Positions 62,053 through 64,000 of a stretch of 64,000 nucleotides of DNA are shown in pieces. This stretch comes from Chiloscyllium plagiosum (lineage: Eukaryota), in the NCBI RefSeq assembly GCF_004010195.1, contig NC_057752.1, positions 11,116,211 through 11,180,210 of the forward strand. The letters run 5' to 3'. Under the pieces are notes generated by a model. The model did no database searches. It was not told the origin of the DNA and saw only the letters and a program-made list of their open reading frames with translations. Position 1 is the stretch's first letter, and each line of letters begins with the position of its first letter. The position numbers and the translations under genes are program-made.

Positions 62053-62373
62053 AGTGGGCGGCATGGTGGCACAGTGGTTAGCACTGCTGCCTCACAGCGC
62101 CAGAGACCCAGGTTCATTTCCCGCCTCAGGCGACTGACTGTGTGGAGTTTGCACATTCTCCCCGTGTCTGCGTGGGTTTCCTCCGGGTGCTCCGGTTTCC
62201 TCCCACAGTCCAAAAATGTGCAGGTTAGGTGAATTGGCCATGCTAAATTGCCCGTAGTGTTAGGTGAGGGGGTAAATGTAGGGGAATGGGTCTGGGTGGG
62301 TTGCACTTCGGCGGGTCGGTGTGGACTTGTTGGGCCGAAGGGCCTGTTTCCACACTAAGTAATCTAATCTAAT
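62053..62373 (+). mobile_element. HE1-type V-SINE, full length
   Basis: AGTGGGCGGCA start, A and B boxes, V-domain, tail, (TAATC)n. Confidence 0.95.
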
Positions 62374-63306
62374 GAGATGTTTAGTAGACCTTCGGCTCAT
62401 TTTCAACTCCTCTAATTTATGCTATAACACCAATAGCACCCAATTAAGTTGTCACTTAAAGGCACCAGAGACAACAGGAACAAGCAGAGAGTTTATTTTC
62501 TTGTTTCATTGAGAAAGTGGCACTTCAGCTTCTCGGTCAATGGAAACATGACAACTGATCAATATATTCACAGTCTGATGGGAATGTGACTCTTGGCTGA
62601 TTCTTCCTTGTTCAATCAGGGATGGGAGGCAAATAGCAGTCCAGTGAATGACATAATATTCTTAGGTACAGTCTCTGCTGTACTGAACACAATTCTATGT
62701 GGCTCTAAAAATGAAAAATATCAATTTCCATGTCTTTGGCTAATTCACCGCATGTGGCAAGCAGAGAGTGTATTGAATAGCAGATTGGAAAAGGGGTAGG
62801 CCATTTAGCTTGTTGGGTCTGCTCCACTATTTAATATGATCATGGCTGATTAAACACAACAGTATCTTTTACCCATACTATCTTCATAGTACGTTATGCT
62901 ACTTGCAAACAGAATAGATTGATTGCTACTCTAAATACATTCAAAGACTGCACTTCCTCAGCCCTCTGGGGTAAAGAATTCCAAAGATTCATAACTGCCT
63001 GAGTAAAAAACATTTTCTTCGTCTAAGTCTGAAATAACATCCCTTTATTTTTAAATTGTTCTCTCTGTTTCTAGATTCCCCAACCAGGGAAATATCTTGC
63101 CTCCTTTCATTCATGGGATGAGGGCATCACTGGCTGCCCATCCCTATTTGCACAGAGGGTAGTTAGCAGTCAACTACATTGCTGTGGGTCTGGATCACAT
63201 GAAAGCCAGACCAGATATGGATGGCAGATTTCCTTCCCTGAAGGACATTGGTGAACCAGATGGGTTTTTCCGACAATCTATAGTAGTTCCATGGTCGTCA
63301 GTAGAT

Positions 63307-63672
63307 TATAGAATCATAAAGTCATAGAGATGTACAGCATGGAAACAGACCCTTCGGTCCAACCCGTTGCCGACCAGATATTCCAACCCAATCTAGTCCC
63401 ACCTGCCAGCACCCGGCCCATATCCCTCCAAACCCTTCCCATTCATATACCCATCCAGATGCCTCTTAAATGTTGCAATTGTACCAGCCTCCACCACTTC
63501 CTCTGACAGCTCATTCCATACACGTACCACCCTCTGTGTGAAAAAGTTGCCCCTTAGGTCTCTTTTATATCTTTCCCCTCTCACCCTGAAGTTATGCCCT
63601 CTAGTTCTGGACTCCCTGACCCCAGGGAAAAGACTTTGTCTATTTACCCTATCCATGCCCCTCATGATTTTT
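63307..63672 (-). mobile_element. CR1 (HER1-like) 3' end
   Basis: Minus ORF RDLRGNFFTQRVVRVWNELSEEVVEAG. Confidence 0.92.
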
Positions 63673-64000
63673 GTAATGGTCCTGGCTCAATAAGCCAATG
63701 GCAGCCTCCAATGCCAGTCCAGGGCTTTGGGAACAGTCAATCAGTCATTCTGGGTGGGCAGAGTCAGGATGTTCTCTGTCACAACAAAGGTCATTGACTG
63801 ACTTCCTACATTGCTGTGTATTCCTTCAGATGGCTGAGGGTGCTTTAACATGGATAGCAACCCCAGAGCAAGCTGGTATGGTCTAGTGTCATGGCATCCA
63901 TCGCTGGTCTTGGGGAAAAGAGCAAGTCCCAGCTCTACAGCACCCCATCCCGCAGGACCTCCACATCCTTGCCCGCAAAGTGGGGTGACGATCTCTCCTA

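Noticed and set aside
63830..63875. Exon-like ccttcAG|ATGGCTGAG...CTG|GTATGG
   Set aside because: At the window edge; cannot be linked to the gene or excluded as part of a repeat.
1..64000. CRISPR arrays, operons, rRNA genes
   Set aside because: Eukaryotic repeat-rich DNA; no repeat-spacer arrays or rRNA similarity seen.

Overview
Repeat-dense vertebrate genomic DNA, almost certainly a cartilaginous fish (shark), because it carries many HE1-type V-SINEs and their partner CR1-type LINEs. Most of the window is nested, decayed transposons: CR1, a second CR1/L2-group LINE ('family B'), L2, an L1/Tx1 3' end, at least four Penelope-like (PLE) families, a Ty3/gypsy LTR relic and a Harbinger-type Myb/SANT relic. 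There is a 448-N gap at 11524-11971. Host-gene signals are a CpG-rich promoter-like island at about 19.4-20.6 kb (with a near-perfect 185/186-bp tandem duplication) and three phase-compatible + strand candidate coding exons (45.9, 50.1, 61.3 kb) of a gene I cannot name. The most striking hidden structure is a set of minimal type I hammerhead ribozyme motifs (CUGAnGA - stem II - GAAA - palindromic ACGU/AGCU - UH) in the PLE terminal repeats. Several lie in about 200-bp palindromic mini-elements, some with 11-13-bp target-site duplications and one hammerhead on each strand. Boundaries of old repeats are approximate, and family names come from recognised motifs, not database searches.
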